DNA of 64,000 nt from a virus. How positions within the stretch are numbered: position 1 is the first letter of the stretch; the number at the start of each line of letters is the position of its first letter. The notes beneath the pieces are model-generated. The model worked only from the letters and a program-made list of their open reading frames with translations, made no database searches and was not told the DNA's origin. This document shows positions 28,096 through 39,060 of this stretch, in pieces. The stretch spans positions 2,676 to 66,675 of IMG/VR virus record IMGVR_UViG_3300010885_020868. One strand, given 5' to 3'. A program made the translations under genes and the position numbers.

Positions 28096-30005
28096 TGGCT
28101 ATAGCCCCAGAATATGCAGACGATTATATCTATCCAAATTTAAATATAACAAATTTTACTGTGGCGTTTGACGCTATTGATAAAACAAAAATAACAGTAT
28201 CTGTTTCTACTAACTCTAATTCAGTAAATATAAAAAGTTATAAGGTTATGTATGTATTAGATACAGAAACTTTTTTATCTGGATCTCCCACAGTAAATTC
28301 TAATTCATCTACAATTTCTATTACTGGACTTTTACCAGGAAAATCTTACAAAATATCAGTACAAGGATTTAGCGCAATAAACCAGGGTGGAAATTTTGGA
28401 AATTCTGTTCAAAGAATAGTGTTTATGCCAGTCCAATTAGAGCCTGCTAAAGTGGTGACAACAATAACAGGATCAACAGCAACAGCAACAGCAACAAGCA
28501 ACACGTTTGGATGGTCTTTACCAGATTATCTTAAAGCAGATTACGGATTTATCAAACTTCCTTCTTTAAATGCTACTGGCTCTGGCGACACTGGGTCTGG
28601 AACATCTAACGGAGTAGTTCCTGGAACAAATAGCGGAACTATTGTTATTCCAACTAACCCTAAAAATGATGATTCAATTGGTTTAGTAGATAGCACGATA
28701 ACAAGTATCGCCGACTATGCAAAAAGCCAGGGATTAGATGAAAATACTCCAAGAGGCGTACTTTTAGTTCCTGGACCCCTATCTCTTAAAGTAAATAATA
28801 ATTACAATGTAGTTTATAAAACCTTTCCATCAGTAGATTCTACATTACCAGCAACTGACAATGATCCAATCTATAATACATTTGGAACCACCCTTTTCTT
28901 TTCTGATCAAGACAAGAATCCAAATCAAAGAGGCGGGTTTGGATTTTATTTTGATGATTTAAAGCAAGACGGTTACTTTTTACAAATAAGAACAACAGTA
29001 GATGCAGTTAGAAGTACCGCACCAAAAGAAGTATCATTTTTTAAAGTTGTAAATGGGCAAACTTATCCTTTATCTGATTCGCAAGGAATAGACTTAGATA
29101 GAATTGCTGGAATATACAGAGGCCAAACTTATAAAATTGATATTAAAGTTAAGTCCGCTAAAACATATGTTGAAATTGTAGCATACATAAATGGATTTCA
29201 AATTAGAGCTTTAGATACTGCTTCTGCAACAAATACTATAATCAACCCTTCTAAAAATATAGCAGCATTTTCTTACGCAAAAACTAATTCGTATTTAGAT
29301 TATGTATATGCTAAAAAAATAGCTGTTGATAATTTTACAGACCTTGAAACTGTCTATGGCGTTTATAATGGATCATTTTCAAAAAATATATTAGACACAA
29401 GCTTTGGATCAAATATATTAAATAGTCAATCCTTAGAGCCAAATGATTTTGCCCTAGAAGAATTTGGAACAATGGCTAGAGAAATTAGAAAAGTAAAAGT
29501 TAGATACAATTCAAGACCAGGAAATCCAGTATACGTGTCAACTGGATTAAGTAAATTGGCTCAAGTTTTAGCAACTAAATTGACTAGTTTTGGTGCTGAG
29601 ATATATGTATTTAATAACTCTTCCGTCTTTATTCCGCTAGAAGACGGGGACGAAAACAGTTTTTTTGTTTTAGGAAACACTATATCTAAAACTGGAGAGT
29701 ATGAGCAATCAAGCACTAAACTAAGTGAATTTACTGTGGAAGAACCTATAGTATTTGCGTCAAATTGGATTCAAAGTCTTCCTGAAGCAGCAGCATTAGA
29801 AACATGGATAAAAGATAATTGGTCGAGCAAACAAATTACAGTGTCAATGAAAGTATTTGGAAACCCTTTTATTGCCGTAGGAGATGTAATTAAAATTTAT
29901 CACAGTTATCAATCTTTAGATGGATCTAGAGAATTTGTTGTATTAACTGTAGATCATCAATATGATCAAGGATTGGAGACCAGTATTATATGTCGAACTT
30001 TATAG
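28095..30005 (+). CDS. Minor tail / baseplate protein with FN3 and lectin-like domains
   Basis: ITGLLPGKSY.ISVQ (FN3); EEFG..ARE; C-terminal FGNP.I.VGDVIKI hub-like motif. Confidence 0.65.
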   Translation: MAIAPEYADDYIYPNLNITNFTVAFDAIDKTKITVSVSTNSNSVNIKSYKVMYVLDTETFLSGSPTVNSNSSTISITGLLPGKSYKISVQGFSAINQGGNFGNSVQRIVFMPVQLEPAKVVTTITGSTATATATSNTFGWSLPDYLKADYGFIKLPSLNATGSGDTGSGTSNGVVPGTNSGTIVIPTNPKNDDSIGLVDSTITSIADYAKSQGLDENTPRGVLLVPGPLSLKVNNNYNVVYKTFPSVDSTLPATDNDPIYNTFGTTLFFSDQDKNPNQRGGFGFYFDDLKQDGYFLQIRTTVDAVRSTAPKEVSFFKVVNGQTYPLSDSQGIDLDRIAGIYRGQTYKIDIKVKSAKTYVEIVAYINGFQIRALDTASATNTIINPSKNIAAFSYAKTNSYLDYVYAKKIAVDNFTDLETVYGVYNGSFSKNILDTSFGSNILNSQSLEPNDFALEEFGTMAREIRKVKVRYNSRPGNPVYVSTGLSKLAQVLATKLTSFGAEIYVFNNSSVFIPLEDGDENSFFVLGNTISKTGEYEQSSTKLSEFTVEEPIVFASNWIQSLPEAAALETWIKDNWSSKQITVSMKVFGNPFIAVGDVIKIYHSYQSLDGSREFVVLTVDHQYDQGLETSIICRTL

Positions 30006-30028
30006 TTGACTAATGATATAATGTTATT

Positions 30029-30415
30029 ATGTCCGATAGTGATTTAAGTTTACCTAAAACCCCCTTAGTTGCAGTAGCCCAGGGGTCGCTTGAGTCTATA
30101 TTATTAAATAGTACAGCTATTAAAAGGCTAGATCCAAATTCAAAATTTATTACAGGTGGACTATATGGTGGCGGAGGAAATATAGAGTTATCTGTATCTC
30201 AGCAGGATCCGAATAATATATCAGAAGATGGGAATATAAACTCTTCAACTACTGAAAAACCACAGCTAGCGGACATATCAGTATTTTCTAATGAGCTATA
30301 TGTTGATACTAAGGGTGTAACAAGAGCTAGAATAGTTATGAAAGTTAAAAACTCTAGTGGTGAAGAATTACTTGGCGTTGACGCCTTGCTTAAAAATGTG
30401 AAAGAGGGTGGCTAA
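30029..30415 (+). CDS. Hypothetical tail-region protein
   Basis: Clean ORF 6 nt after TGATATAAT. Confidence 0.6.
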   Translation: MSDSDLSLPKTPLVAVAQGSLESILLNSTAIKRLDPNSKFITGGLYGGGGNIELSVSQQDPNNISEDGNINSSTTEKPQLADISVFSNELYVDTKGVTRARIVMKVKNSSGEELLGVDALLKNVKEGG

Positions 30416-30416
30416 T

Positions 30417-31412
30417 ATGCTAAAAGGAACGTATGTATTTTATGAAGATGGCATTGAAATTTGTAGAAGCCAAAATGTAATTACTAAATTTGGTAAAAGA
30501 TTTTTGACAAATTATTTAGCTGGTAATGTTACCTCTAATTCTAAAAGCATGGCACTAGGAATTGCTACATCTTTAGAGTATCCAGTATCTATTTCAAATA
30601 CCCGCCTAGGATTTGAAGCATATTCAATTCCAGTTAATTTTGGAAGCATAGATATTCAACAGGTATTTGCCTCAAATGGAAATCCAGTATTAGATGCGGA
30701 GAGCAATCCAACATTTGAATATGCAGTTGTATATAAGTCAACTATTCCACAAAACTTAGTCGGAGTGATTAATGAAATAGGAATTTATCCATCAGGACAA
30801 AAATCTCAAAATGCCTTTTCAAGTCAATTCCTATCTGATTTTTCTGATGAAACTATTTGGTTTGATGAGGATAATTATAATCCAAAATACTTAACTAGTC
30901 CAGCTCCTAGAGTTGGAGATGCTTTAATGGAATGGAAATTTCCAAATTCAGATGCAACTAATTTAACAAAGGAATACAAGGTTAGAACTAACAATCTTAA
31001 TATAGGCGGGTATAGCAATAATGATACCTTGACATTGGCTTACAATAGATATGATACAAACTCTAGTAAGATTAGAATAAAGTTTTACAGCTCAAACAAT
31101 AATTATTTTTATGGAGATATAACTCCAACTACTGGTACAGGAAATAAAATTCAAACAATTCCAATGTCTTCAGTATTTAATAATACAGTAGGTACACCAG
31201 ATAAGTACTCTATTGAATCTATAGGTATACAGATTACTAGATCTTCAGCGGCAAGCAACTCTTATGTTTATTTTGACGGACTTAGAGTTAATGATGAGGA
31301 TACCTTTGATCCAGACTATGGTTTAATTAGTCGTTCAGTTTTATCTTCCCCGCTTGTAAAAATTGCGGGAAGGCAAGTAGACGTAGAATATAGATTATCA
31401 TTAGGATTCTAA
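30417..31412 (+). CDS. Baseplate / tail protein
   Basis: N.IT..GK..L..YLAG, I.EIGIY, L.SRSVL..P..K..G..VDVEY (ORF track start GTG 30408). Confidence 0.6.
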   Translation: MLKGTYVFYEDGIEICRSQNVITKFGKRFLTNYLAGNVTSNSKSMALGIATSLEYPVSISNTRLGFEAYSIPVNFGSIDIQQVFASNGNPVLDAESNPTFEYAVVYKSTIPQNLVGVINEIGIYPSGQKSQNAFSSQFLSDFSDETIWFDEDNYNPKYLTSPAPRVGDALMEWKFPNSDATNLTKEYKVRTNNLNIGGYSNNDTLTLAYNRYDTNSSKIRIKFYSSNNNYFYGDITPTTGTGNKIQTIPMSSVFNNTVGTPDKYSIESIGIQITRSSAASNSYVYFDGLRVNDEDTFDPDYGLISRSVLSSPLVKIAGRQVDVEYRLSLGF

Positions 31413-31413
31413 T

Positions 31414-34400
31414 ATGGTAGATAAAATTATTCCTGATGATTTAAGAAATGTTCAAAGCGATAAAAAGACTAACGACTATTTTTTAATCCCATTAAATGAT
31501 TTAAATCCAGGCGAGATGTATAACATGCAGTTTGCGTGGGTATACCCAGATAAAACTAATAGCGAATGGTCTTCTACATTTTCAGTAAAAGCCGCAGAAG
31601 AGATGCTTGATCTAACTCCAAGCTTTGTATCGTCAGATTTAACAGGCGGAAAAGGTTTTATTTCTATTAGATGGCGTGGCAGAGATATTCAAGATACTGT
31701 CATTGAGGGAATTAAACAAGTTAATATTTGGATTACAGGTGGTCAATACGGGAATAGCTACGTTAAGATTGCAGAATCATTTAATTCCGCTAGTACAAAA
31801 ACGGTATACGTTGCACCAGGAAGATATTACGTAAAACTACAAGCAGTTGGATACTCTGGAGTTCTATCGAACTTTAGCGCAATTCAAAATGTTTTTTCTT
31901 TAAAAGCTCCATTAGCAGCAACAAATATTCAAACTACTTGGAGAGCATCAAATGGCACTACAAAAACAGATACCCTAAAAGTATCATTCAACTTCGACCC
32001 AAATTTTGAAGATTCAACTTCATCTGGAAAAGATGTAGATTCATTTAGAATAAGTTTAACTGGTAATGGAATTAAAAGATCCTGGATAGTTCCAATAAAT
32101 AAAGCCTCTACTACTCAAAATTTTGAATTATCTCCATCTATGAACCAAGCAGCCTTCCAATTGTTTTCAGAAACACTTACTGTTGGAATAACAACAATTA
32201 TTACTGGATTGTCAGAATCAGTTTTGGTTGAAGAAACCTCAGTTCCTTATGAAACACCTTTAGTAACACCAATTATTACCCTAGTAAAAGGAATTTTATT
32301 ATATCAGGTTATTTGGAACTCTCAATCTGGAAGTACGTTTGATCAAATTTATATTGAAGAAGTTGAAAGCTCTTCTAGTTCTGCCCCTTTAACTGGATAC
32401 ACTCAAGTTGCTCAAGGAACACAAAATCCTTTAACTGTAAACACACTTAACTCTAATCAACGTTGGGTACGTACCAGATTTTATGATGCTTATGGCAATG
32501 CCACTTCGTACAGTACGCCAGCTAAAATAACACCAGACGCATCAGTTACAGCAGATACCGAAGGCCCTCCAGATGTATCTTCTGTTACAACATCTGTAGG
32601 ATTAGATACAAGCGGTGCAATTGGATTTAATGGCTATGCCAACGTATCTTGGTCTTCTGTTACATCTGGCGGAATACGTGGATACAGAATTAGATACAAA
32701 GCAACATCATCTTCATCGTATTCTTACGCAGACTCTCCAGGATCTGGTACATCATATATGCTAACTGGATTAGGAGCAGGATTAACATATCAAATTGCGG
32801 TAGCAACATATGATGAGTTTAATAATACTTCTTCTAATTATGTTTCTGGTTCAAACGTAACCGTTCGTGGAACTTTTTATATTCCAGATACTTTAGATGT
32901 AACTGGATATTTTTCAGCTAAGGCAAATGAGTCTGATTTAAACAGCACCGCATTTAAGTTTGGATATGGGGTAGATACTGGTAAAAGAGGCTTAGTATTT
33001 AATTCAAATAACTACTGGTATATAGACTCAAATCAATCAGCATCATTAAAAGTTGGCGGAGCAACAACAAACTTTATACAATGGAACGGCGAATCTTTTA
33101 TAATTGATGGAGACCTAAGAGCTAAAAAAGGAACATTTAGCGGAAACATAAATATGGCATTAGGTGCTTCTATTTATAGCGGAACCATAGCGGGAAATAC
33201 TGTAAGTGTAACTGGAGATACAGGCGGAGAAATATCTGGAGATGGATATATTTTAAGAAAGACGGGACTTGCTTTTTATAAAGATAGCACTGAGACAACA
33301 GTAATATCAGCAAGTACTGGAAGACTTACAACAAAACTAGCAACAATAGGCGGATGGAATGTAGATTCAACAACTATAAATAAAAATGGCATTACTTTTA
33401 CGGCACCAATTTTAGATACATCTAAACCTTCAATTATTATAAATAAAGCTGCTTATTACTTAGGAATGCAAACTCCAGATCCAACCAGTCCTTTAATTAC
33501 AGATATTGTTTTGTGGGCTGGAGAAAGCTCAACAGGAGGAACATATTTATCTGGACCTAGTTTTAGAGTAACAGCGGGTGGAACCCTATATGCAAGTGGT
33601 GCGGTAATACAAGGAGACGTCACATTTGCGGCAGGATCAACTACTGCTACATATTTAAATGGAATTGATACAAAAGCTACGGAAGCAAAAGCAGGCGCTA
33701 CAGTTGCTCAAGCAGCACTTACTAGCAAATTAGAAAAAACTGGTGGGCTAATTGAAAGTAATGACCAAAATCAAATTGTAAGATTTCTTAGTAATGGCTT
33801 AAACATATATTCAGGAACTTTTAAAATATTAAAACCAGGTGAAGCGGATGTAATATCTGGACCACGTTTAATTATTAATTCAGCAGGTATACTAGGAAAT
33901 AACGGATCTAAAAATACCTTTGTTATAGGAACTGATGGAAATGCTACTTTTAGTGGATCTATTGAAGCATCAACTATTACTGGATCAATATTTACATCTT
34001 CAAATTATAATGTTTCAGGCCGTTCTGGTATGGGATTGGCAGAGACTACTTTGGGAGATGCACAAGTACTTTCATTTAAATATGGATCTACCACAACTGG
34101 ATATCTTTATTCACAACATATGTCGGACGGTTCGGATAGATTGATATTAAGAACTCCTTCTGCTGGAGGAATTGAATTTCAGTCAGACGGAGATGTATTT
34201 TTAACTAGTACAAAAAGTGCATTAATTCAGTCTCCAGCTATTAGCCTAACATCATCTACTTCAACAATAAATCTATTTAGTACAACTTCTACAAATATAA
34301 GCTCTAAAACGTCAACTAGCATTTTCTCAGAAGGCTCTATTGCGCTAACAACAGGTGGCGACAGTGCTTCGTCAATTTCATTTAACGCAAAAACTACTTT

Positions 34401-34617
34401 ATATGCAGCCATAAATGGAGCAACTAAGCTTAGTATAACTTCAACCACTGCTTCATTATATGGAGGAACAAACGAACTTCTCCTATCTTCTGATGTTGCA
34501 ACTTTAACAAAATCTCATGCAGCAAGCGGCAAGGGTTTACGTAATATATTGTTTACCCAAAATGCAAGTACTCCATCGACTGGAGACCCTGGCGACATAG
34601 TATTGGTATACGTATAA
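31414..34617 (+). CDS. Tail fibre / tail tip protein with FN3 repeats
   Basis: FN3 signature (LTGL.AG..YQIAV..YD...N.S); Gly/Ser/Thr-rich beta repeats; C-terminal TPSTGDPGDIVL. Confidence 0.75.
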   Translation: MVDKIIPDDLRNVQSDKKTNDYFLIPLNDLNPGEMYNMQFAWVYPDKTNSEWSSTFSVKAAEEMLDLTPSFVSSDLTGGKGFISIRWRGRDIQDTVIEGIKQVNIWITGGQYGNSYVKIAESFNSASTKTVYVAPGRYYVKLQAVGYSGVLSNFSAIQNVFSLKAPLAATNIQTTWRASNGTTKTDTLKVSFNFDPNFEDSTSSGKDVDSFRISLTGNGIKRSWIVPINKASTTQNFELSPSMNQAAFQLFSETLTVGITTIITGLSESVLVEETSVPYETPLVTPIITLVKGILLYQVIWNSQSGSTFDQIYIEEVESSSSSAPLTGYTQVAQGTQNPLTVNTLNSNQRWVRTRFYDAYGNATSYSTPAKITPDASVTADTEGPPDVSSVTTSVGLDTSGAIGFNGYANVSWSSVTSGGIRGYRIRYKATSSSSYSYADSPGSGTSYMLTGLGAGLTYQIAVATYDEFNNTSSNYVSGSNVTVRGTFYIPDTLDVTGYFSAKANESDLNSTAFKFGYGVDTGKRGLVFNSNNYWYIDSNQSASLKVGGATTNFIQWNGESFIIDGDLRAKKGTFSGNINMALGASIYSGTIAGNTVSVTGDTGGEISGDGYILRKTGLAFYKDSTETTVISASTGRLTTKLATIGGWNVDSTTINKNGITFTAPILDTSKPSIIINKAAYYLGMQTPDPTSPLITDIVLWAGESSTGGTYLSGPSFRVTAGGTLYASGAVIQGDVTFAAGSTTATYLNGIDTKATEAKAGATVAQAALTSKLEKTGGLIESNDQNQIVRFLSNGLNIYSGTFKILKPGEADVISGPRLIINSAGILGNNGSKNTFVIGTDGNATFSGSIEASTITGSIFTSSNYNVSGRSGMGLAETTLGDAQVLSFKYGSTTTGYLYSQHMSDGSDRLILRTPSAGGIEFQSDGDVFLTSTKSALIQSPAISLTSSTSTINLFSTTSTNISSKTSTSIFSEGSIALTTGGDSASSISFNAKTTLYAAINGATKLSITSTTASLYGGTNELLLSSDVATLTKSHAASGKGLRNILFTQNASTPSTGDPGDIVLVYV

Positions 34618-37600
34618 TGCCAAATAGTTTTTTAAATGTAAAAAATAATAACGTAAATGATGGCTGGCATAGCCTTTCTAAAATATTTGCAAACGTTGGC
34701 GGAGCATGGCGATTTGTTGTTAAAGGAATGGTTAATATTGGCGGAGGAGTGTGGAAAAAGTTCTTTGGATTATTAGAGACAGACTCTAGAGTTACAATTT
34801 CGGCATCCCCTGCTAATTGGGTAGGTTCTACTGCTCCAACATTAACTGGAAGATATTATCACTGGGAAGATACTAATTCTATGGTAAACCTAACTTATAT
34901 ATTCCAGTATAGTTTTACAAATTCTACAAACGATATACTTTGGACAGATATTGGATCTCCTCAAGTAATTGTAACAAATCCTCCAGAAGCATCTTCTGCT
35001 ACAAAAACTATGGTTATACCATATGACAATAGTGGATATTTATATATTTATCCAACTAGATACTATCGGTTCAAGGTATTTGCGTCAAATAATGACGGAG
35101 ATTCAAATACATCAGTTAGTACACCAATTTCTGTAAACTATGTACTTCCAGTTGGAGAATTAGATTCAGTAACATCTCAAAGATATAACGATGAAACATA
35201 TAACTATGTAATTACATATAACGGTAACTGGATTAATAATACTGGAATAACCTATACATATCTGTGGCAATGGTCTTCTGACGCCACCGAATGGAATAAT
35301 ATATCTAATTCTAACGCCTCTTCATTTACTATTCCAGGAATATATAAAGGACTTTATGTCAGACCCTTAGTGTTTGGAGCAAACTCATTTGGAACTTCTA
35401 TTGAGGCAATTACTTCATATGGGGAATATGTATATTATAAAACTCCAGTTATAAATTCTTTTTCCGTAACTGGCGGCATAGATAAAGTAACATATAGTTA
35501 TAACTATTCTGCTGATGATCCATACCGCACAGCTACTATTTTTTATGATAATGGAAATGGATATTCTAATACTATTACTTTATCTGGAACATCGGGATCT
35601 GGAGTAGAAATTACAAATTTGCCTGCGGGAACTTATGATTTTACTTTAACGGTAGAAAACTCTGAAGATGGATATTTCTTATCAGATACCGCATCTCAAA
35701 CTGCCACAGTCACCACTACTATATATCCAGGCGCCCCTACAATTACATCATTTTCTGCAACATCTACTACCATAACTCTTAATTTTACAATGGGTGCTAA
35801 TTCTACAAGTGTTAACGGATATAGAGATACAGTTAAGGTAGTTGGCGTATCAACTACAAGTTATTTTACTTTTGTTGGACTATCTCCATCTACATCATAT
35901 GTTTTAAACTTATATGGATTTGATGGAACAAGAGAAAGTCAAACTTATGCAGGTGGTAGTTATAGTACAACTGCCCCTACACCTCCAGGCCGTCCTACAA
36001 TTGGAACCGTTACTAGAACTAACAATACAACAGTTTCTATTCCTTTTACTCCACCAGCCTCAAATGGTGGAGCAGCAATTACATCTTATGTAGCAACATC
36101 GAGCCCCACAAAAACTTTAGCAGTTACTGGAACTACCAGCCCATTGTCTGTATCTGGAACATTCGGTATAGGCACAGGATATACTTTTCAAATTGCAGCA
36201 GTAAACTCAGCTGGAACTGGATCCTATTCATCATCTTCTAATTCAGTAATTGTTAATACTACATCAGTTCCAGGAGCTCCAACAATTGGAACCGCTACCG
36301 CTAGCACAACAGTTCCAACTAGAGCTACCGTAGGATGGACTGCGCCAGCATCTAATGGAGGAGCTAGCATTACCTTATACACAGCAACATCTTCTCCAGG
36401 CGGAATAACTGGCACTTTAAATCCACTAGGAAATACAAGTGGAGTTATAACTGTAGACGGGTTATCTGAAGGAACAGCATATACATTTACAGTAACCGCA
36501 ACAAATGCTGCGGGAACTTCAACAGCATCTGCCGCTTCTAATTCTATAACTACATATAGAACCATTCCAGATATAACTGGTTTATCTCAAAGTACTGCAA
36601 CATCTGCATTACAAGCAGGGGGATTTAATGTAGCAATTGGCACTCCAGTAACAAATGCTGGCGGAGCAACAGCAGCAAATAACGGTAATGTGGCATCTCA
36701 AACTCCATTTTATGGGCAAAGTGGCATATATGTTGTTGCAACTGGAACTACATTTACATTAAGAATATATCAATATACAGTACCAGTTACTTATTCTATT
36801 AGTTATAATGGCAATGGAAGTACAAGTGGTAGTGTTGCTTCTGGAAGTTATACATCTCCTGGCGGAGCAGCATATACTATTGCCGCTAATGGATTTGCTA
36901 GAACGGGATATGGATTTTATAGTTGGAATACGGCATCAAATGGCACAGGAACAGCCTACTATCCTGGAGATTCATATTCTACGGCTGCCAATTTAGTTCT
37001 TTATGCTATATGGCTAACAAATACTTATTATATTACTTATAGAGGAAATAATAATACTTCAGGTTCCGTTCCTTCAGATACATCATATAACGTAGAAACT
37101 GGAGGTAGTGTTTCTGGTCCAAATACTTTAGCAAGAACAAATTATACTTTTAGTGGCTGGAATACAGCAGCAGATGGATCAGGAACTTCATATCCAGTAG
37201 GCACTGAGTATTCTACAGCTGGCGGATTGACGCTGTATGCTAAATGGACATTCAATTTAGCAATTCCATCTGGTGGATCAATATCTTATGCAGTTGGCGG
37301 ATCAAATGCAGTAGTTGGTAGCACAATTACAATTGGAACAACTGGATGGTCTCCAACACCAGATTCATATAATTTAATAATTGTTAGAGGAACTCGATTT
37401 GTAAATAGATTTGAAACCACAGTAGCAACTTCTGTAAATAGTGGTCCATTAAGCTATACAATTCAATCTGCCGATTTAGGGTATTATTTTAAAGGATTTG
37501 TTGCCGCAACAAATTCGGCAGGAACTTCTTCTTATATAAGTACTGGTGAAATTGGTCCAGTAGTTGTTGCCGTTGCTGATCTAACTGGATTAACCGTTAA

Positions 37601-38234
37601 TTCTACAACTAGTGGATCTTTTAGCTTAAACTGGAATGCTTCTGCTGGAGCAGGATCATATAAAGTAGTTATTGGCGGACCTAATGGTGTTGATACTTCA
37701 ACTACAGGAACATCATATTCAAGAAGTAACTTAATTCCTGGATCAAGTTACGGCATTAGTGTAACTCCTTATAGCGGTACATCTGGAAATGGAACTGCTG
37801 GAAATGGACAAACAATAACTAAGCAGCCTAATGGTCAAGATGCTGCTGGGCCATTCTTCCCACCGTTCTTCCCGCCTAGCTTCCCATTCTTCCCACCATT
37901 CTTCCCACCGTTCTTCCCGCCTAGCTTCCCAAGCTTTACGGCTGCATCCATTCCTTCCACCCCAACTAATGTTGGATTTACTGGATCTGGATCAGTATCT
38001 TGGACTGCATCATCTGGGGCAACTAGCTATACTATAGAATTCTATACATCTACAAATGGTTCTGGAGCAAATGTAGCTGGACCTTATACTGTAACTGCTA
38101 GCGCTTCACCTTATCAACTTACGTCTCCTTATGTCTCACCAAATAACTGGGCGAGGGTAAGAGTAAGTGCATCAAATAGCAGCGGATCATCTGCATATTC
38201 AGCATGGGTACCATCAGAAACGACATATACATAA
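34617..38234 (+). CDS. Large adhesin / receptor-binding protein: Ig, FN3, PASTA, InlB-B (Flg_new) repeats, PFFP tract
   Basis: PGAPTI, W.AP.SNGG..IT.Y (FN3); IPDITGLSQSTA..AL (PASTA); F.GWNT..DG.GT.Y x2. Confidence 0.8.
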   Translation: MPNSFLNVKNNNVNDGWHSLSKIFANVGGAWRFVVKGMVNIGGGVWKKFFGLLETDSRVTISASPANWVGSTAPTLTGRYYHWEDTNSMVNLTYIFQYSFTNSTNDILWTDIGSPQVIVTNPPEASSATKTMVIPYDNSGYLYIYPTRYYRFKVFASNNDGDSNTSVSTPISVNYVLPVGELDSVTSQRYNDETYNYVITYNGNWINNTGITYTYLWQWSSDATEWNNISNSNASSFTIPGIYKGLYVRPLVFGANSFGTSIEAITSYGEYVYYKTPVINSFSVTGGIDKVTYSYNYSADDPYRTATIFYDNGNGYSNTITLSGTSGSGVEITNLPAGTYDFTLTVENSEDGYFLSDTASQTATVTTTIYPGAPTITSFSATSTTITLNFTMGANSTSVNGYRDTVKVVGVSTTSYFTFVGLSPSTSYVLNLYGFDGTRESQTYAGGSYSTTAPTPPGRPTIGTVTRTNNTTVSIPFTPPASNGGAAITSYVATSSPTKTLAVTGTTSPLSVSGTFGIGTGYTFQIAAVNSAGTGSYSSSSNSVIVNTTSVPGAPTIGTATASTTVPTRATVGWTAPASNGGASITLYTATSSPGGITGTLNPLGNTSGVITVDGLSEGTAYTFTVTATNAAGTSTASAASNSITTYRTIPDITGLSQSTATSALQAGGFNVAIGTPVTNAGGATAANNGNVASQTPFYGQSGIYVVATGTTFTLRIYQYTVPVTYSISYNGNGSTSGSVASGSYTSPGGAAYTIAANGFARTGYGFYSWNTASNGTGTAYYPGDSYSTAANLVLYAIWLTNTYYITYRGNNNTSGSVPSDTSYNVETGGSVSGPNTLARTNYTFSGWNTAADGSGTSYPVGTEYSTAGGLTLYAKWTFNLAIPSGGSISYAVGGSNAVVGSTITIGTTGWSPTPDSYNLIIVRGTRFVNRFETTVATSVNSGPLSYTIQSADLGYYFKGFVAATNSAGTSSYISTGEIGPVVVAVADLTGLTVNSTTSGSFSLNWNASAGAGSYKVVIGGPNGVDTSTTGTSYSRSNLIPGSSYGISVTPYSGTSGNGTAGNGQTITKQPNGQDAAGPFFPPFFPPSFPFFPPFFPPFFPPSFPSFTAASIPSTPTNVGFTGSGSVSWTASSGATSYTIEFYTSTNGSGANVAGPYTVTASASPYQLTSPYVSPNNWARVRVSASNSSGSSAYSAWVPSETTYT
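37851..37937 (+). repeat. Pro/Phe-rich low-complexity tract (PFFP)n
   Basis: PFFPPFFPPSFPFFPPFFPPFFPPSFPSF encoded by ccattcttccca-type repeats. Confidence 0.9.
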
Positions 38235-38258
38235 AACATTAGTTTGGTCTTGCAGGCC

Positions 38259-38286
38259 TTGACTAAAATTAACAAAATGATATAAT
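38259..38286 (+). promoter_or_regulatory. sigma70-type promoter
   Basis: TTGACT-16-TATAAT with extended TG; AGGAGG SD downstream. Confidence 0.6.
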
Positions 38287-38303
38287 ATGAAAGGAGGCAC
38301 AAA

Positions 38304-38522
38304 ATGACTTATGAATTAACTAATGATGAAAAAAGAAACATTATTAATCAACACCTTAGAAATCTAAAGTATTCTCAATATGGAATAGAGATTTCAATAG
38401 TTGAAGAAAATGCTGCAGCAACCCTAGATCAAGAAAATTTATCTACGCTTAATGGACAACTTGCGAACATTAATGGTAAAATAGATGTTCTGGTAGCTGA
38501 ATTAGCGACAATAGTAGATTAG
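38304..38522 (+). CDS. Hypothetical small coiled-coil protein
   Basis: ORF with AGGAGG SD. Confidence 0.7.
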   Translation: MTYELTNDEKRNIINQHLRNLKYSQYGIEISIVEENAAATLDQENLSTLNGQLANINGKIDVLVAELATIVD

Positions 38523-38531
38523 GAATCTAAC

Positions 38532-38714
38532 ATGGCAGAAAAAGCGGAACTAATTATTACCGCCTTACAGCAACGCATTGGGGAAATTGTAAGTAATTAC
38601 GAAACCCAAATAGCAATATTACGAGCAGAAATTACACAGATTATGGAAGAAAAAGATGCTAAAGAGAAAGCCGAAAAGGAATACTCAGACAGCCTTAATA
38701 TCTCAACCAACTAA
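38532..38714 (+). CDS. Hypothetical coiled-coil protein
   Basis: ORF with SD; LQQRIGEIVSNYE. Confidence 0.65.
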   Translation: MAEKAELIITALQQRIGEIVSNYETQIAILRAEITQIMEEKDAKEKAEKEYSDSLNISTN

Positions 38715-39060
38715 TTTTCCTTCAGGAATAGCCGTCAAAACTGATAAGGCTACCTATTGGATTAAAGATGGCAAAAGATATAAACTAATATCTGATCGGG
38801 CAGCGAACTCTTGGTTATTTACAACCATAAATGCCACTGAGTCTGCTATATCTGATATAAAGTTAGTAGGAAAATTAGGATTTAGAGACGGCACCTTGAT
38901 AAAGAACATTGCAGATGGTAAGATATATCTTATCTCGCAAAACAAAAGGCGGCATGTAGTAAGTCCAGATATATTTATCCAATACGGATTAGATAGATCT
39001 AGCGTACTTGAAGTAAGTGATTTAGAAGTAAATATGCATGACTTAGGAGAAAATTTATGA
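38656..39060 (+). CDS. Hypothetical protein with two internal beta-repeats
   Basis: YWIKDGKRY and IYLISQNKRRH repeats. Confidence 0.6.
   Translation: MLKRKPKRNTQTALISQPTNFPSGIAVKTDKATYWIKDGKRYKLISDRAANSWLFTTINATESAISDIKLVGKLGFRDGTLIKNIADGKIYLISQNKRRHVVSPDIFIQYGLDRSSVLEVSDLEVNMHDLGENL

Noticed and set aside
31414-38234. Diversity-generating retroelement acting on tail fibre or adhesin
   Set aside because: No reverse transcriptase and no template/variable repeat pair were seen in the window
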